Below, piece after piece: positions 61,686-64,000 of a DNA stretch of 64,000 bases. Origin of the DNA: a bacterium. GTDB taxonomy: Bacteria > Patescibacteriota > Doudnabacteria > UBA920. A program made the position numbers and the translations under genes. The number at the start of each line of letters is the position of its first letter. Positions within the stretch are counted from its first letter, which is position 1. Where the stretch lies: NCBI GenBank assembly GCA_016699995.1, contig CP064996.1:754963-818962 (forward strand), in the 5' to 3' direction. Below the pieces are notes generated by a model that worked only from the letters and a program-made list of their open reading frames with translations, did not search any database and was not told where the DNA came from.

Positions 61686-64000
61686 TTACGGAGCGGTTTC
61701 GGTTCTGGTCGGAGCACCTCCCACAGAGAAGGTATATGGAGGAGTGGAAACTTTCTTTCCCGCTGGTAATTCATTTGAGTAGATATAAGCGATGTTCCAG
61801 AAGCGGTGCAATAGCCCCGGGGTACTGCTTGGCGCTGTTGCCTTGGCCGAAATCTTAATCGTACAAACCGTGTATTGGCCAGGAACAGCCGGTGCCGGCA
61901 AGTTAGACACCCTAAACGGATTGGATTTCGTGCCAGCTCCGCCCGTAACACAACCGCCTTGATTTTCTAGCCTTAGATCGGTGAGGTTGTGAAGATCGGT
62001 TTCGATGACCCGGATATTAGTGAGCTCTACATTGCCGCTATTACAAACATTGATATTGAAGTACACCCTGCTGTTAGCCCTAATTATGGCATCGCTTGGC
62101 AAGCTGAACGGACTATTGTCTTGGCATTGCAGCGGCGACCCTGTAACTGCATCTATCGCATATACGTCCTTGTCGGATTGGTCCAGACTAGGAGCACAGG
62201 CCTCAACATAGACCGGATTACTCCTCGTTATTGTCGAAGTAGCTCCGCCCAAAGTTGATTTTATACCGTAGTAGCTTGATATGTTAATTTCTGGGCTGTT
62301 ATCGCGGAAGAAGAAGGTAGAACCTGATACAGTGGCAATTGGCCCGATTGGAAATACCGGTACTCCGCCACTGCCTAAGGTGACGGTACGGAAGATCTGA
62401 TAGCCATCCGGAGTTGGCCCGCTCATTGGAGGTCCCCAGGTTACTGTAGCCTGGCCGCAGGTGGTAGTAGCATTTACATTTGTAGGCGGTTCTACAGAAC
62501 CGGCACCCACTATTACAGTCACAGGGCAATCCTTATAATTAACTCCCAAAATACTAGGTGATGGGGTGCCGGTAAATACGATCATGTAACTTCCTGGCAC
62601 AATCATTGAACCGGCAGAAATGCTTATAACCGTAGTTGCAGGTGGATTATTAGGATTGTTGTTTATATAACTAACGCTTAAAGGAGTGGAAGAATTAGTA
62701 ATGGCAATCGCCGTACCTGCAGGCCAATCCGAAGCTGTAGTAGTAATAGTGATAACCCCCGCAGAACCGCCTGCCATTATTGGCAGTGGTGAGCCAGAGC
62801 ATTCAAAAGTAAAGTTCGGCTCAGGATCCGGGGTATTCGCTACATTAATAGTTACGGTGGATGTAGGCCTTGCTCTTGTAACCTCATTAATACAGCGCAG
62901 GGTAAATGTAGTGGTAGATGTAATAGGAGATGTTAACGTGGTAGTGGTAGTGTTCGGCGTTGGAGTATATCCAGAAATAGCTGGAGTCAATGTGCAGCTG
63001 TTAACATTCAAAGAACTGGCCTGCAGCTGAGCGCGGTCTCCAGAATTAACAGTACATGACCCGTCTACAAATGTCGGATTAACCGGGTTAGTGCCTTTGC
63101 ATTTTAATACTGCTTCCGCTGGAGGGCCTGCTGCGACTATAATATCAACTTGCGACTCGCTCGAACTTGATCCATCTACGCTGGTGCATCGCAAAGTGTA
63201 AAGCTGGCTAGATGTTAGATTAGGTGTGTAGGTCTGGGTGGTGGCGTTCGGCGTCGGGGCATAACCAGAAATAGCTGGGGTTAGGGTACAGCTGCCTGCA
63301 TTGGAAGAACTAGCTTGCAACTGAGCCTGGTCGCCAGAATTGATGGTACAACTGCCAGTCACAAACTCGGGGTTAACAGGGTTAGTGCCTTTGCATTTCA
63401 GTTCAGTTCTGGCGTCTGCGACAGTAGCTATTCTAATTTCAACCTCATCTTCTTGAGGCTGTGAACCTGGCCCGCCATTGCAGCGGAGCGTGTATCTAGT
63501 GTTAGAAGTAATATTAGGAGTATTGGTCGTAGTAGTAACGTTTGGCGTAGGGGTATATCCGGAAATAGCTGGAGTTAAGGTACAGCTAGTGGCGTCCGCG
63601 GAACTAGCCTGCAGCTGAGCACGGTCTCCGGAATTAACCGTGCAAACACCGTCTACGAACGTCGGGTTAACCGGGTTAGTGCCTTTGCATTTTAAGTCGA
63701 CAAACGCGTCAACAGCGTTAGCTACTCTGATTTCAACTTCATCCTCCTGAGAATTAGTACCATCGGCGCCTTGGCAGCGAAGATTATAAACAGTATTGCT
63801 CAGTATTGGAGGAGTACTAACAGTAGTGGTTTCATTTGGGGTCGGAGTATATCCAGGTATCCCCGGTGTTAGCACGCAGGAAGTGGCATCTCCCGAACGC
63901 GCCTGCAGTTGAGCGCGGTCTCCGGAAAAGACTGTACAAACACCGTCTACGAATGTCGGGTTAACCGGGTTAGTGCCTTTGCATTTTAAGTCGACAAACG
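61686..64000 (-). CDS. Large repeat-containing cell-surface protein, 5'-partial (continues beyond 64000).
   Basis: Tandem repeats of about 100 aa (about 300 nt): CKGTNPVNPxFVDGxCTVNSGDxAQLQASS...SCTLTPAISGYTPTPN...YTLRC. Thr/Pro-rich. The distal two copies are nearly identical at the DNA level. Confidence 0.7.
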   Translation of the reverse strand, partial: FVDLKCKGTNPVNPTFVDGVCTVFSGDRAQLQARSGDATSCVLTPGIPGYTPTPNETTTVSTPPILSNTVYNLRCQGADGTNSQEDEVEIRVANAVDAFVDLKCKGTNPVNPTFVDGVCTVNSGDRAQLQASSADATSCTLTPAISGYTPTPNVTTTTNTPNITSNTRYTLRCNGGPGSQPQEDEVEIRIATVADARTELKCKGTNPVNPEFVTGSCTINSGDQAQLQASSSNAGSCTLTPAISGYAPTPNATTQTYTPNLTSSQLYTLRCTSVDGSSSSESQVDIIVAAGPPAEAVLKCKGTNPVNPTFVDGSCTVNSGDRAQLQASSLNVNSCTLTPAISGYTPTPNTTTTTLTSPITSTTTFTLRCINEVTRARPTSTVTINVANTPDPEPNFTFECSGSPLPIMAGGSAGVITITTTASDWPAGTAIAITNSSTPLSVSYINNNPNNPPATTVISISAGSMIVPGSYMIVFTGTPSPSILGVNYKDCPVTVIVGAGSVEPPTNVNATTTCGQATVTWGPPMSGPTPDGYQIFRTVTLGSGGVPVFPIGPIATVSGSTFFFRDNSPEINISSYYGIKSTLGGATSTITRSNPVYVEACAPSLDQSDKDVYAIDAVTGSPLQCQDNSPFSLPSDAIIRANSRVYFNINVCNSGNVELTNIRVIETDLHNLTDLRLENQGGCVTGGAGTKSNPFRVSNLPAPAVPGQYTVCTIKISAKATAPSSTPGLLHRFWNIAYIYSNELPAGKKVSTPPYTFSVGGAPTRTETAP

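Noticed and set aside
61686-64000. Possible diversity-generating retroelement (DGR) target, given the repeated variable C-terminal-like modules.
   Set aside because: No reverse transcriptase gene and no template/variable repeat pair with adenine-specific mismatches. Differences between repeats are unbiased.

Overview
This 64 kb window looks like a reduced Patescibacteria/CPR-type genome, possibly Saccharibacteria-like; that assignment is inference only. Support: standard genetic code, complete type IV pilus machinery, small biosynthetic repertoire, and unlinked, insertion-rich rRNA genes. Almost every gene is on the minus strand.

Main content, in order:
- A giant secreted LamG/FN3/SGNH-esterase surface protein (1..5962) that runs off the window start and is interrupted.
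- pyk, a GlmU-like nucleotidyltransferase, and a small deoxyribosyltransferase-like gene.
- A 5S + oversized 23S rRNA pair (about 4.1 kb with three insertions) driven by a consensus sigma70 promoter. One insertion, an approximately 520 nt stem-bounded intervening sequence, contains a tRNA-Ile(GAU)-like element.
- A frameshifted ligA that ends in a homopolymer-rich tract.
- A LysM protein, then a pilD plus four pilin-like genes locus.
- An exopolysaccharide/glycan cluster: WbaP-type phosphotransferase, two GT4 genes (one frameshifted), an FkbM methyltransferase and an O-antigen-ligase-like protein.
- The main pilM-N-O-x-pilB-receiver-pilT-pilC(frameshifted)-pilA operon.
- Stand-alone tRNA-Ala(UGC) and tRNA-Ile(GAU) genes.
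- A YkwD/CAP protein, a ZIP transporter, an M23 peptidase, an HD-like protein and coaD.
- A 16S rRNA about 28 kb away from the 23S.
- A DNA-repair pair (AlkA-like glycosylase + DEDDh exonuclease), an ABC exporter, clpP, nusA, yraN.
- An rny-GNAT-ParB/Srx-like-ymdB operon.
- A peroxiredoxin-SOD-NUDIX set.
- A KH-trmD-hypothetical-rluD-rplS operon.
- A second repeat-rich surface protein running off the window end.

The most notable observations are the 23S insertions, the rRNA architecture, and four genes disrupted at simple-sequence tracts. I found no integrase, transposase, CRISPR array, reverse transcriptase or restriction-modification genes.
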